64,000 bases of DNA from Felis catus (taxonomy: Eukaryota), in the NCBI RefSeq assembly GCF_018350175.1, contig NC_058374.1, positions 89,528,001 through 89,592,000 on the forward strand. Direction: 5' to 3'. Below, in pieces: positions 25,216-38,780 of the stretch (position 1 is its first letter; each line of letters opens with the position of its first letter). Under the pieces are notes generated by a model. It searched no databases. It was not told where the DNA came from and worked only from the letters and a program-made list of their open reading frames with translations. Position numbers and translations under genes: made by a program.

Positions 25216-25236
25216 TTCGGATTAATACAGACACCA

Positions 25237-25447
25237 GGGGCGCCTGGGTGGCTCAGTCGGTTAAGCGTCAGACTTCAACTCAGGTCACGATCTCACAGTC
25301 TGTGAGTTCCAGCCCCCCGTCGGGCTCTGTGCTGACAGCTCAGGGCCTGGAGCCTGTTTCAGATTCTGTGTCTCCCTCTCTCTCTGCCCCTCCCCCGTTC
25401 ATACTCTGTCTCTCCTGTCTCAAAAATAAATAAACGTTAAAAAAAAA
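25237..25447 (+). mobile_element. Can-SINE (SINEC_Fc-like)
   Basis: Full copy; TSD aatacagacacca. Confidence 0.93.
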
Positions 25448-26567
25448 ATACAGACACCAAATCATTAACAGTGATTATCTTCACTAGTGAGATTCAGGTG
25501 ATTGTTTGTTTTCCCTTTCTGCTTATATGTGTTTTGTTTTGTTTGTTTTTTAATAATGATGACAAATTTACTAATTTTGCAATAAAAGAGAAATTAAAGT
25601 ATTATTTTAATATATGGATGGGAGAGAGAGAATGTCACTGACGCTTGATCAATCTAAGAAAGGGCTTCACACACTTCTTGGAAATCTCCAATTTCTGCTT
25701 TGCTTCCTGAGTTCTTTTGTGCCTCTTTTGTCCCTCATGTTACTTGCATGATCCATTTTAAAAATCCAGGAATAGAGAAATGGCATTAATGGTTTCTGAA
25801 ATTATCTACCAAGCCTGTGGTTTTCAGAGTGATCTCTATTCCTACATGGGCCATGATTGTACTCTAATCGAAGCTAATGTTGGTGCTGTATTTTTCTTTG
25901 CAAGAGAAAAGGATAGAACATGAGAAATTCCTTTCTTCTTTCCAGTAAATGCTTTCGTACTTACTTACAAAAAAAGAAGAAGATGCTGTTGATGAGACTT
26001 TGCTGATAGCTGGAAACTCCATTAAAGTTAGCTTAAACATGGTGAGCATATTCCATTTCTAAAGAACAAATGAAATGGGCTTAATTTGCTGCTGAAGGGA
26101 GCTGTTCGCCTTAAGGAAACTTCTAGCTCCTCAGTCCAGCAAATGGTAACCATAACCAAGGGGAATGATGGATCGAATCTTGGGTCCGACTCCTCTGGGG
26201 CTTCTTGAAGTAGGCTCTGGATCTCCCTGGAAATTTGGATATCAATTTGCCTGGGCCTGTGACCCATCCCCCTCCTTAAGGTTCTTCTTGTCAGTGATCA
26301 GTAAGTCCGTACAAAGCACAAAGAGTACTGAAGTTCATCATCCCAAGAAAGAAAATGACTCTGAATAACTTAAGCATAAGTGGGATTTTCTTAAAAACTA
26401 AATAGTTAGCTCAGAGAACCTACCAGAGAGTTAGGCTTGATGGCTGTCTATCTAGGAGTCTCCTCGGGGTAATGCCACAGAAATGACGCAGTGAAGACAC
26501 CCGCCTCTCCCCTATTCCTGAGCCCAGATTTCACAGCCCATACCTACGACCCCCCAAAACTGCACTT

Positions 26568-26723
26568 NNNNNNNNNNNNNNNNNNNNNNNNNNNNNNNNN
26601 NNNNNNNNNNNNNNNNNNNNNNNNNNNNNNNNNNNNNNNNNNNNNNNNNNNNNNNNNNNNNNNNNNNNNNNNNNNNNNNNNNNNNNNNNNNNNNNNNNNN
26701 NNNNNNNNNNNNNNNNNNNNNNN
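26568..26723. other. Assembly gap (156 N)
   Basis: N run. Confidence 1.
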
Positions 26724-27324
26724 ATCCTAATGTGAAAGCCACGTATTGAGGATAGCAGAGCAACCAGGTAGGAAGAGCCATTTCTATCTGACTGGAGTAC
26801 TATTATCTTTTGTCTCTATTAGAGGAGATGAATCTGTATCCTAAGTAATGTCATTGGGCTTTATATGAAGAGCTTCTTTTGCCTCCAAAAAAGCTATGGC
26901 AAATGGCTTCAGCCAAAAGAGGTGAAGCCAGTGATGGCCGTATGATGCCAGGCTGGAAGGTTCCAGCAGGAAGTGAAAAGGCACTAAAGAAGTGAAAGCT
27001 ACTCATCTTGGTGGGGCAGACTTGGTGTGTTTAGGGCTTCCAGTCAACCTATAAGAAAAAAAAAAATCTGTCAGGGAAAAAAGTATCACCGGCAACATCC
27101 ACTGAAGGAAGACCTAATGGTACCACTTCATCCATTATGTAGAGTAAAGATCCCAGTGGGTGTTCGCGAAAGCTCAGGTGCTCTCCTCAGGCTAGATTAA
27201 ACGATGCTCTCACCTTCCTGGGTGGACTGATGGAGGAAACAACAAAGGAAGGATGATTCCCTCCACATTCTTCACCTGAGAGAGTCTTCTTCCTACTGCA
27301 GTTAACTAATGGCCATTTGGGCCA

Positions 27325-27541
27325 CAGACTGCCTCAAAACCATCTGGGTTATTTGTGTAAATACACACTCCTAGAGGCGCCTGGGTGGCTCAGTCGGTTA
27401 AGTGCCCAACTCTTGATTTCGGCTCAGGTCATGATCTCGCAGTTTGTGAGATTGAGCCCTGCATCGGGCCCTGCGCTGAGCCTGGAGCCCGCTTGGGATT
27501 CTCTCTCTCCCAGCCTCTCTGCCTCTCCCCAGCTTGTTAGC

Positions 27542-27580
<39 letters not shown>

Positions 27581-27850
27581 ATAAATCAATAAACATTTAA
27601 AACAAAAATTCCTAGGCTCCACCCAAAAAATCTGAATCAATAGGTCTGGAATGCTTATTGTGGTGATCATTTTACAATATATGTAAATATCAAATTATTC
27701 TCATCTATACCTGAACCTGATGTAATGTCGTATGTCAACTATACCTCAATTTAAGAAAAAAAAAAAAAAAAAAGGTCTGGAATAGGGTCCAGCAACCTAC
27801 CTTTTACACACTCACCAGGAGATTTTCCTGCACAACAGAGTTGAGGATCA
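27325..27850. mobile_element. MER5-type hAT remnant carrying a + Can-SINE (27374-27600) and a short poly(A)-tailed L1 3' fragment (27652-27773)
   Basis: MER5-like halves; L1 fragment flanked by aggtctggaat TSD. Confidence 0.65.
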
Positions 27851-28260
27851 CATGTAAAATTTTTATAGTAGCAAACTCAAATAAAAATACACCAAAAAGC
27901 TTTTTCCGCATAGAGTTCTTGTTTATACATCAGAGTAATATCAGAAAATGGAAACGTCCATGAATTCAGATTTTTTTCCAATATGTTTTCTCTAAATTCT
28001 CTGAGCCCCAACTTGTGCCAAACCATTAATCTGACTACTTTTTCTTTTCCAGAAATCCAAAATGACCATCTAAATTAGTTCCTCAGAAGCATTCAAGAAA
28101 AAGGTCAATCATATCTATGTAACAGAAGAACAACACATATTTCCCATTGATGATCCCGTACAGTAGACTAAACAAAGAAGAACAAAACCTCTGTCCGCAC
28201 CAGGAGAGAAAAAGAGCCAGGCTCCTGGCTGCTTCTCAAATGGATTTGCTTCAAAGTGTG

Positions 28261-28372
28261 ATTTTTTTTTTTTGTAAATATTTTATGTTTAAGTAATCTC
28301 TACACCCAACATAGGACTCAAACCTCTGACCCTGAAATCAAGAGTCACACGTTCCACCAACTGAGCCAGCAG
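28261..28372 (-). mobile_element. Short Can-SINE variant
   Basis: aagtaatctctacacccaac...ccaactgagccag. Confidence 0.8.
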
Positions 28373-28519
28373 TCGCTTCTCAAAGTATGACTCTAATAGA
28401 TACGTCAAACAGGAGTAGGTGATTGGACTGAACTGGTAAGTCTCCTTCTGGATTTATATTACCACTGGTAAGTCTTATTGCCTCCAAAAGTATATTTACT
28501 TACCACTGGTAAGTCTTAT

Positions 28520-28860
28520 TATGTGGAATCTGAAAAAAATCAAACTCGGAAAGAGACTAGAATGGGGGTTGCCTGGGCATGGGGGAAATGGGGAGATGTT
28601 GGTCAAAGGGTATAAATTTTTCAGTTGGAAGATGAGTAAGCTCACCCATACCTAATGTACAGAATGATGACAAGAGTTACTAATCATGTATGACATACTT
28701 GAAATTTGCCAAGAGAATCGATCTTAAGTGTTCCCACCGCGCACGTACGGAAAACAACTATGTGAGCAGATGAATGTGTTAATCACCGTGGATATCCATA
28801 ACGAATCATCACACCGTACACCTAATTTTTATGTCAATCATACGTCAGTGAGGCTAGGAA
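28520..28860 (+). mobile_element. L1MA/MB-like 3' end fragment
   Basis: gatgttggtcaaagggtataaa...gatcttaagtgttcccacc. Confidence 0.75.
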
Positions 28861-30963
28861 AAAAATGTCCTTTATCGTTTACAGTCCGTTATATTTATTT
28901 TGACTTTATACCATTTCATACCAGATTAACTTTTGAGGAATCCAATGGAGTTTGGCAGAAACACTTTTGGACTGATGAAAAGAAACCTAGCTTCTGCAAT
29001 GTCATTCTTTGATATAAGCCATAGAAGACTAGGGGTGGGGGTGGGAAGGGTGTCTATTCTCATCAGAGTTGAAAAGACTTAAGCCATGTGACCCAAGAAT
29101 AAGAAAAGGTAATATAAATCCTGAAATGCATGCACAGAGTTTGAAATTGTACCCCCTTTGAAAGTACTACGCAATATGGTCCAGTTTTAAGGAGAGAAGG
29201 AAAGACAGGGCTTAATGAATCCTCGTCCTCTAAAGAAATTGGTCCCCCAAATTTCCATTTCATCGCCATGACAACTAGTACTCCATCATTGCCATAGTAA
29301 CGAGTTGAATAGCATAGTCTAAAGACAAGCCCTCTGATTGGGTGACCAACGGGAGCCATGAGAAGCCGCACAACAATGCTGAAAAGGCTGTTCTGCAATC
29401 ACGTTGACCTATTTCCAGCCTTCCAGTATGTTTCAGTTCTCCACTGTGCTTCCCCGAACCAAATACTGTTTCTGGAATGAGATGATTTCAAGAAGTGTAT
29501 CATAATTACCCTCCCACGTGTCAGTGATAAATTTAAGAGCATTTATTTTCTAATTTTCCAGAAGTGTGGCAATATCTGACAGCCACGCCCTTCACCATGC
29601 CTTGCAGTTTAATTGTGACATCCCCTCTGTTACAATCACAAGGCACGCTAGCCACAGCTAAAACCAGATGTTGGTCGCTGATGACAACAAGCTGCCTTCT
29701 CTGCTGAGGCCACTGAGAAGCTGAACTGGGAGGAAACTCTGAGGGTGGGGAGTGGCCCTCCTGGAAAATAACAGAGGGAGAAAAAGATCCGTGCGTGTGG
29801 CAGCGCTCTTATTTATATATGCGCGTAAACTGGGGTTTTCAGTGCAGCGATGGTTTCGAAGAAATGCTGTCCTTTTCAAAATGCGGTGGAGCTTTTGAAA
29901 GAAAAACATTTTCCAGCTCGTATTCTTGCTTGGTTACTTGCTCAAAGCAAACTGCTTATGTATTCATAAACCATTCCTAGTTCCTGCTCTTAGAAGCAAA
30001 GTTACCTTGGGAAACCCATTCCACTCCCAGCCTCCCTCCTCTCTATAGTTTGGAGCACGCCGTTACCACGTGTGTACTGTCAGGAAACTTCCTTGATATT
30101 TTCGAGCTCTGGGATCTCATAAAATATACATGGAGACCCACGCGTGGGCAACACCGGAAGTTTCTAAAGGTGAGGGCTTGAAAAGCATAGTGTAGTTAGG
30201 TGAGGCTTTGGGAGGGAAGGGAAGGGACTTGTCTCCAGAGCACCCACAACTGAATATCACAGAGCAATGAAAATGCAGTTTTCTTAAGATGCCTCTGTTA
30301 GTTCAACAGATGTTTCAGAGCACCTGCCACCTGGAAGACAGCCTTCCAGGTGCTCGAGGTGCGTGAGTGAGGAGACAACAAGCCCTGCCCTCGTGGAGCT
30401 TACGTTCGGTTTTACCTAAGATTGAGAAATGGCATGCATCTGTATCCAAAAATAGACTTCTTTTGTGTGGATGGAAATTATAGTGGTGGGGGTGGGGGGC
30501 CACCTCGAGCATTCTCAGACACTGCCATGGTGCTTGTTATATCCCAGCGTGTTACATCCCAGGAAATACAAAGGTTAACAAAACAAGGCTTGCCCCTGGC
30601 CTCAGGAAGTTGAAAGAGCGAGAAGGGCAGAGTCACTTAGAAATGGATGGCCACCCATTTATAAGAGAGATCAGGGCACCAAAGGAAAGGAACTGAAGAG
30701 CCCACAGCCAAAGGAAACTGAGCAGGGCAGGGCATGAGAAGGGCTGGGGAGCCAGAGGACGTGCTGAGTGAAATGAGGGTGAGGACAAAGGTTATGTGGG
30801 GGTGACACGGTGCAGGGTAAGGAAGGGCATTCAGGATGCTGGAAAAGGCATGGGCTGTCCCAGGGCAGGGTGTCCGAGATGCCGCTGGGCAAGGGGCGGG
30901 GGGGGGGGGGCTGTGCACCCCTGACAACACTCGACCTAAGGGAATTACTAAAAACTAAATCCT

Positions 30964-31430
30964 GGGGCGCCTGGGTGGCTTGGTCGGTTAAGCGTCTGAC
31001 TTCGGCTCAGGTCATGATCTCGCGGTTCGTGGGTTCGAGCCCCTGTCAGGCTCTGTGCTGGCAGCTCCGAGCCTGGAGCCTGCTTCGCATGCAGTGTCTG
31101 CCTCTCTCTCTCTGCCCCTCCCCTTCTCGTGCTCTGTCTCTCTCACTCTCAAAAATGAATAAACTTTAAAAAAAAGTTCTTAGGGGCGCCTGGGTTGCAC
31201 AGTCGGTTAAGCGTCCGACTTCAGCCAGGTCACGATCTCGCGGTCCGGGAGTTCGAGCCCCGCGTCGGGCTCTGGGCTGATGGCTCAGAGCCTGGAGCCT
31301 GTTTCCGATTCTGTGTCTCCCTCTCTCTCTGCCCCTCCCCCGTTCATGCTCTGTCTCTCTCTGTCCCAAAAATAAATAAACGTTGAAAAAAAATTAAAAT
31401 AATAATAATAATAATAAAAAAATAAAAATA
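30964..31430 (+). mobile_element. Tandem Can-SINEs; a young copy (31183-31430) inserted in the tail of an older one (30964-31168)
   Basis: Two heads; TSD aaaaaaagtt(c/t)tta. Confidence 0.93.
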
Positions 31431-32078
31431 AAAAAAAAGTTTTTAATGCATACATGAGAATAGATACTGATGTAGAGCTAGGACCGAGAGAACATATGTA
31501 ACCCACAAATGCTGAGTAAAATGTGTAAGACTATGCCTCACAGGGAAAAAGAAATTTGATAACTAATAAAATGAGCCCTTTCCCACAGCAAGAACAGAGT
31601 TTACTGTCCAAGGGAAACCCTCTGACGCAAGGTAAGGAATAGTACAGGCAAAATGGCTAAAATTAACAGGCTGCATTCTGTCTTCTCAAAGCCATTTAGG
31701 ACTAAAAAGCACTACCTGAAATGTTTATCATATTGCCGTTCATAAGTACTATCTTCATATTCATGACTCGAATGCAACAGAGTAAGCTTTCGTAATTCAC
31801 ACAAACATAGCAAGATAGACACAGAAAACCTGAGCTGGGTTCTCAGAACATGATTCTGCTTCACAAAGGCATCGTCTATGCCAAATAAATGAAATTTGAA
31901 GCATAGGAACCATTAACACCACAAACACAATTTCTTCCTTGCAAGGGAGGATGCCTCTTGTGGATCTGTTTTATAGAGTCTCAGGCTTTTCAATTTGGAA
32001 GGAACCTTACAAGCCCCTGTAGATCAACCTCCAGCCTACATGATCACTGTCCTAGGCACTGGTTTAAAAAAGGGGAAA

Positions 32079-32300
32079 GGGGGGTGCCTGGGTGGCTCAG
32101 TCGGTTGAGCGTTCGACTTAAGCTCAGGTCATGATCTCACATTCTGTGAGTTCGAGCCCCACGTCGGACTCTGTGCTGACAGCTCGGAGCCCGGAGCCTG
32201 TTTCAGATTCTGTGTCTCCCTCTCTCTCTGACCCTCCCCTGTTCATGCTCTGTCTCTCTCTGTCTCAAAAATAAATAAACATTAAAAAAAAATTTTTAAA
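32079..32300 (+). mobile_element. Can-SINE
   Basis: Full copy with A tail. Confidence 0.92.
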
Positions 32301-32717
32301 GGGGAAAGGAAAGAAAGAGAGACAGAGGGAGGAAAAGGAGGAGAAAGGAGAGAGAGAATATGAAAAACTAAACAGTAGACGGGTGAAATCAGAATCCTGC
32401 AACTCATCACTTAGTCAAACAACTCTGTGTCTCCTCCTAGGCTGATTTTAAACAAGTGATACTCATTGGATAGGAGGTTTGATCAGGTATAGATAACTGT
32501 AGTAAAGGCCCCGATAGGCTCACCCTGTCGTCAATAATAACTCCAGAATACTACACTGCAGCCGTTGTAGAAAAAAATCAGACCCACACCCATAGCGCTG
32601 ATTTACAGAACAGTCTTATTTTTACCGGCAACCCAGGTGAGGCCTTATACTATGTGATTACCACGGGCCAGTGGATATCTTTTTGAAATTTTGCTGGAGG
32701 GCCCCAGATGTCATAAC

Positions 32718-32927
32718 TTTTTTTTTTTTAAGTTTATTTTTGAGACAGAGAGAGACAGAGCATGAACGGGGAAGGGTCAGAGAGAGAGGGAGACACAGAA
32801 TCGGAAGCAGGCTCCAGGTTCCGAGCCATCAGCCCAGAGCCCGACGCGGGGCTCGAACTCACGGACCATGAGATCGTGACCTGAGCTGAAGTCGGACGCT
32901 CAACCGACTGAGCCACCCAGGCGCCCC
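32718..32927 (-). mobile_element. Can-SINE
   Basis: Full copy; long TSD ccccagatgtcataacttttt. Confidence 0.93.
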
Positions 32928-33454
32928 CAGATGTCATAACTTTTAAAGTCAGGATAAAGGATATTTCAACATATGGCACCCAGAGAGGGTATTATGTGAG
33001 TAAACTAGGGTGTTTCTTCCATTAGTAACTTCTATGCTGCTAGATAGATTTCCCCGATGAAGAATTCTCTATTACAGTTTCCCTCCTTCCCTCCCTTCCA
33101 CAAATTATAGGACACATGTCATACCCTAGAAGAGCTCACCGTCTAATGAGTGCAAGAAGGAATCTTTGTGGCGGTTTGAAATACAGCATTTCCAGTAGCA
33201 CAAATAGTTCAGGAGACTGGAGCTGTCGGTGGGGGCCAGCCACATTGTACCCCAGTGGCCGTAAAGCAAAGCAGAAAGCCAGATGCCACGAGAGTGGTAT
33301 GAATGAATTGGGCAAGGGTCCTTGAAGGGGAAGAGATCTCTTCTGATAGGAGTGACAAGGGAAACAATACAGAAGGTGGCCTTTTCCTGGGTTCAAAGAG
33401 GCATGGGATTTGGGTAGGTAAAGAGGGCAGGAAGTAATAATCTAGTCTGGGGCA

Positions 33455-33620
33455 AAGGGTTTCAAAATGTAGAACCTGGGCCTGCAACCCCAGCAACACC
33501 TGGGGACGCGTTAGCGCACATTCTAGGGTCTACCCTTGACCTGGTGAATCGGAAACAAGTCCTAGCAGTTCGTGTTAAGAGCCGGCTGATTCTGAGGAGT
33601 TACTCCAGTTTGAAAACCAG
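33455..33620. mobile_element. MER5A-like hAT-Charlie MITE
   Basis: tttcaaa...cagcaacacctgggga...ccagtttgaaaacca. Confidence 0.55.
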
Positions 33621-33786
33621 TTATCTAAGTTTGAGATGTTCAAGCCGGGGTCTACGACATTGGGTGGGGAAAGAAATACATCTTTATTTTCATTAATCTC
33701 TAACTAAAAGTTAGCATCTTCTTCCATTGCAGATGTGAGCAGTGAACGACCATGGTAATTATCAGGACCAGGGCTAGATGCTGTTA

Positions 33787-34113
33787 CCGTTGACTCTTGA
33801 ACAACACAGGTTTGAATGGTGTGATTCCCCTTATATGTGAGCTTTTTACAGGACCGTCTTATAAATGTATTCCTTCTTCCTTATGATTTTCTTAGTAACA
33901 TTTTTTTTCCTTTTAGCTTGCTTTGTTGTAAAGATTCAGTATATAATACGTCATATAAAATATGTCTTGATTGACTGTTTATGTTATTGGCAAGGTTTCT
34001 GGTTAACAGTAAGCTATAGCAATTAAGATTGGGGGAGTCAAAAGTCATATGTGGATTTTTGACTGTGCAGGGGGTTGGGGTCCCTAACCCCCACATTGTT
34101 CAAGGGTCACCTG
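33787..34113 (+). mobile_element. Tigger2-type non-autonomous DNA transposon nested in a Charlie/MER3-33-like element (~33640-34318)
   Basis: TIRs ccgttgactcttgaacaa / ttgttcaagggtcacctg with TA on both sides. Confidence 0.8.
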
Positions 34114-34505
34114 TATTTAGAAATGCCTTAATAAATAAGAACACATATAATATCACGGATTACAAAGTATTTTATAACTATACTTCAGTATAATAGGTTT
34201 TCTTTGTGACTCCGAATATATAATTTTATGCATTGAAAACATTCTGAGAAAGTGCCCATTAGCATCACAGACTGCCAGAGAGATCCCATTGTACACAAAT
34301 GTTAAGAACCCCTAACCTAGAAGGATTCTAGACAAAGTGAACTCTGAGCAAAGGCTAAAGGGTAAGAAAATACAGGACAACACAAGTACTTCATTTTGCC
34401 TGCAACTTGAGGAAACAATGGAAGAGAAAAAAAAGAAGAAAGGCTGAACTTGATTATCAGAACTTAACTTTTTTTTCAGCAGATTCTGGGAAGCTACTTA
34501 GGATT

Positions 34506-34727
34506 TTTTTTTAAATTTTTTTTTTCAACATTTATTTATTTTTGGGACAGAGAGAGACAGAGCGTGAACAGGGGAGGGGCAGAGAGAGAGGGAGACACAG
34601 AATCGGAAACAGGCTCCAGGCTCTGAGCCATCAGCCCAGAGCCTGACGCGGGGCTCGAACTCACGGACCGCGAGATCGTGACCTGGCTGAAGTCGGACGC
34701 TTAACCGACTGCGCCACCCAGGCGCCC
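34506..34727 (-). mobile_element. Young felid SINE
   Basis: CpG-rich; TSD tacttaggatttttt. Confidence 0.95.
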
Positions 34728-34814
34728 TGATACTTAGGATTTTTTAGAAGAGGAGGGCGGCAAGAATCAGAGCAGGAGAAACCCAATCAAACCAGAATTT
34801 TAAAATAATAGCCC

Positions 34815-35020
34815 AGAGTTCCTGGGTGGCTCAGTTGGTTGAGCATACGACTTCGACTCAGGTCATGATCTCACGGTTCATAGGTTTGAGCCCCGCAAGG
34901 GGCTCTGCACTGACAGCTCAGAGCCTGGAGCCTGCTTTGAATTCTCCCTCTCTCTCTGCCCCTTCCCCACTCACACTCTGTCTCTGTCTCTCTCAAAAAT
35001 GAATAAACTTAATAAAATCA
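34815..35020 (+). mobile_element. Can-SINE
   Basis: Full copy. Confidence 0.9.
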
Positions 35021-36227
35021 AAGAATAGCCTAGTAAAAGTTAGAAGGATAGACTGGAATACAAAGAAACGGGAGGTGAGAGATGAAATTTCTAATCCAGG
35101 ATTGACTAATAAAAGCCCAAAGTGATGAGGGTGAAAATGAAAACATAAAGAAGGAGTTGAATAAGACTGACATTGAGTACAGCAGAGAAAGCAATCAAAG
35201 GTGACTCTGAAGTTTTAAGTGAGGGTCACTGGAACAGGAATCATACCAAGAAAAGATCAAGGGGTGCCAGGTAGAGCAAGTTGGGACAAGGAAAGTGCTG
35301 AGTTGCCTGTAGGATGTCTAGGTGAAGATATTGGGTGATTATTTAGAGCATGGTCCTAACCTTCAAGACTTATTATAGCTCATTTGGATTCCAGCAAGAG
35401 CTTTTCCCCAACTGAGATTTTTATGGACATATGGACACAAGGGGTTTCCATGAACCCTTGACATTATGGAAGCAAATTTTGTTTGTGGTCATGGGCATTT
35501 TTGTGGGAGAAAGCATGTATTGTCCCTACACACTCAGGGGGTATGTGACCCTCTTTCCCCTCCAGAAATGTGAAGAAGTACTCCTTATTCATCCTTCTAA
35601 ACACTCCAAGCAAGGTAAATACTCTTGTCTGATGATTTGGGGAAGAGGCATGAGTCTCAGAACAAACAAAAGTCTCAGCAAGGAAGCAGCAGCGAGATTA
35701 CAGTCATTTGCGAATGGCTCTGAGTCAGGAGAAGCTCATAGCACAGTCACTGGATGAGGAAAGAGTTTGGAATTTCTTGGTCAAAATTCAATGGAGATGA
35801 CAGTAGAGACTCATCTCTTGAACCAGATCCTTCCTGCATACCTGTCTCTACAAGAGCAGTCATTAAGAACCCAACTTTTAAGACTAAAAATGGTCATTTT
35901 TACAAGAACTCCCGCACTGCTCAGCTTTCCACTGTCCAGAGAAGCAAACTGCACTGACTGTGCCAGGATGGGAAGGGAGCCACAACTCAGGAGTCCTGTC
36001 TTGCTTCGGTACTGCCCTCTACTGGCCAGTTCCAGTTACTCTCCCTCCCGATCTTTGGTCGGCCAGATGGAAGATTCTGCAATTACGCTGCTTCTGATAG
36101 AGCCTCTCTAGAGACTTCAGACCCCAAAGAGGTCAAAAAAATTTTAACACAAATCTGTCAGCTCCAAAACAAAAATAAAACAAGATCAAAATGTCAGTAA
36201 CATTGTTAGCATTTTCTAATAGAGGAC

Positions 36228-36820
36228 ATTTTTTTTTTTTTATTTAAACAAGGTTGTTTTATTTGTTTATTTGTTTTGTTTAGTTTCAGGAGTAGAATTT
36301 AGTAATTCATCACTTACACAGAACACCCTGTCCTCATAACAACAAGTACCCTCCTTAATATCTATCATCCATTTAGGCCATCCCCTGCCCATCTCCCCTC
36401 CATCAACCCTCAGTTTGTTCTCTATAGTTAAGAATCTGTTTTATGGTTTGCCTCCCTCTCTCCCCACCCCCATGTTCATCTATTTTTTCTTTTCTTCTTC
36501 TTCTTCTTCTTCTTCTTCTTCTTCTTCTTCTTCTTCTTCTTCTTCTCCTTTTGAGATAGAGAGAGAGAGAGAGAGCATCCCAAGCAAGCTCCACACTGTC
36601 GGCACAGAGCCTGACATGGGGCTTGAACTCACAACCCATGACATCATGACCTGAGCTGAAATCAAGAGTCAGAGCTTAGCTGAGTGACCCAGGTGCCCCC
36701 CCCCTCTGTTTCATTTCTTATATTCTACATATGAGTGAAATCATATGGTATTTGTCTCTGACTGACTGATTTCGCTTAGCATAATACACTCTGGTTCCAT
36801 CCAGGTCATTGCAAATGGCA
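36228..36820 (-). mobile_element. Carnivore-type L1 3' end with an inserted Can-SINE (36483-36700) whose tail is (TTC)18
   Basis: gtttcaggagtagaatttagt and atgagtgaaatcatatggtatttgtc motifs; SINE core inside. Confidence 0.8.
36492..36545. repeat. (TTC)18 microsatellite
   Basis: Direct count. Confidence 0.95.
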
Positions 36821-37759
36821 CCAATAAAATGCATTTTTGACCCTCGCTAAATATTTGTTAACTCCAGATAATTAAGACAAAGAATACTTTCAATGTGATA
36901 TATGTAAAGTGATAATAAATAATCAGAAGAGGCCAAGATATTAGGAAATTTAAAAGTTGTAGCCACAGATTGAATAGGGAAGTAAAAGCCTTGAAAATAG
37001 CTGCTTTTTTCTTTTTTATGAAAACAAATTACCTTTGTTAGGTAGTATGTGGAAAGTGGTTTCCAAGTAAGCTTAATTAGCATATGTTTGTCAACTATAG
37101 CTCCATAGGGCTGGGAAATAATAGAAGACCTATTACATTTTGCCTTTCTCTCTCTCCGTTATCACCTTCCAATGTAATCCATATATATGGATGATAAATG
37201 TGAGTCACCATCACCATCTGATGAGTCAGCAAGCCCTGATTAGATGTACAATTCAAGAGGTCTTTATTGATAATGAAAGAACATGTCACTGTTCCTTTCT
37301 TATTATACCTTCAGGAACAAAAGGTAGAAGAAAGAAAATATTGCCAATACTAACATGTAACTTAGACGTCACCTGTCCTTTTTCCTTCCTTTGAAGTCCT
37401 TCCCCTTCCTGACCTCTCAAAAAAGTCTGTATAAGGAGTTACTAACAATTTCATAGGGAAGGGAGAGGTTTTCACTGAAGCCTCTCAACTAGTCCCCTGA
37501 AAGACCTCCCCTTAGGCATTTCTGGCCTGCTTTGCAGGGGTGCATCTAAGGGTCTGTTTCATTCTACTGGGAAGGGCACAGCCTCCTGCCTTCTCTCTGT
37601 GTTACACCCAGTGAACCTCTCTTTCCCCTCTCCCATCCACCCCAGTTCTTCCTCCAGGGAAGCCAAAGGAAAACCCTGTGGGTAACCAGACCAGTTCTAC
37701 TCCACGGACCTTCTCAAAGTTGTCCTACCAAACATTTAGTAACTTCCCCCAAGAAGAAC

Positions 37760-37971
37760 TTTTTTTAATTTTTTTTTAACGTTTATTTATTATTGAGAGA
37801 CAGACACAGAGCATGAGCAGGGGAGGGGTAGAGAGAGGGGGAGATACAGAATCTGAAGTAGGCTCCAGGCTCTGAGCTCACAGAACCCAATGCGGGGCTT
37901 GAACTCACAAACTGAGACTATGACCTGAGCTAAAGTCGGTCACTTAACCAACTGAGCCACCCAGGTGCCCC
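37760..37971 (-). mobile_element. Can-SINE
   Basis: Full antisense copy; TSD-like cttcccccaagaagaa. Confidence 0.9.
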
Positions 37972-38562
37972 TCCCCCAAGAAGAATTTTATCGGCATCTA
38001 AGTGGTTGACAATTGTCCCATATTGTTATGATTCTTACTTGTGGGTAGTTGAAGTTTAACAAATGTACACAACTTGTTGAAGCTAGGTATCTCTTTAGCT
38101 GCTGCACATCCCATTTCATTGGAGTTAATTCCTTGCCAGAGACAAGAAACTTCTCCTCTTTTCCTCAATATCATCGTCCTTCTAAAAAGTAAGCAAGACT
38201 GCAGAGGCTCAGCTTTGATAAAATGAAACAGTATTGCTCCTGGAGATTGGCGCTGGTGTTAAAACTAAAAATAACATGAAAAAATACATAGAGAATAACC
38301 TTCTCCAGCTGTGCAAGGTCACCTGTACTTGCTAAGCGGGATGATTACAGACGCGCATCTCAGAAAGTGGCCTTGTTGTTGACAGCAGAGTTTTAAAACT
38401 TATGCAAATAAGTCACTGTGTCTGCATTAATGATTTACTGTGGAACTGTATGATTCCGCATCAGTCTAGCCATCTACAATTTGGTCGAAAAGTTTAACTA
38501 GCACGTCCAGACCTTGTCAATGGGAGCATAAAATGAAGTCACACATATTTATTATTAACTCC

Positions 38563-38780
38563 GGGGGTGTCTGGGAGGCTCAGTCGGTTAAGCATCCAGC
38601 TCTTGATTTGGGCTTAGGTCATGACCTCACGATTTGTGGGTTCAAGCCCCGCAACAGGCTCTGTGCTGACAGTGTGGAGCCTGCTTAGAATTCTCTCTCC
38701 TTCTCTCTCTGCCCCTACCCCACTTGTGCTCTCTCTCTCTCTCAAAATAAATAAATAAACTTAAAAAAAAAAAAAAAAAG
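38563..38780 (+). mobile_element. Can-SINE
   Basis: Full copy with A tail. Confidence 0.9.

Noticed and set aside
28432-28520. Short direct repeats taccactggtaagtcttatt (and caacatagcaacaaagt at ~24172-24214) as a spacer array
   Set aside because: Only two copies each, consistent with local slippage; this is a mammalian context and not CRISPR-like.
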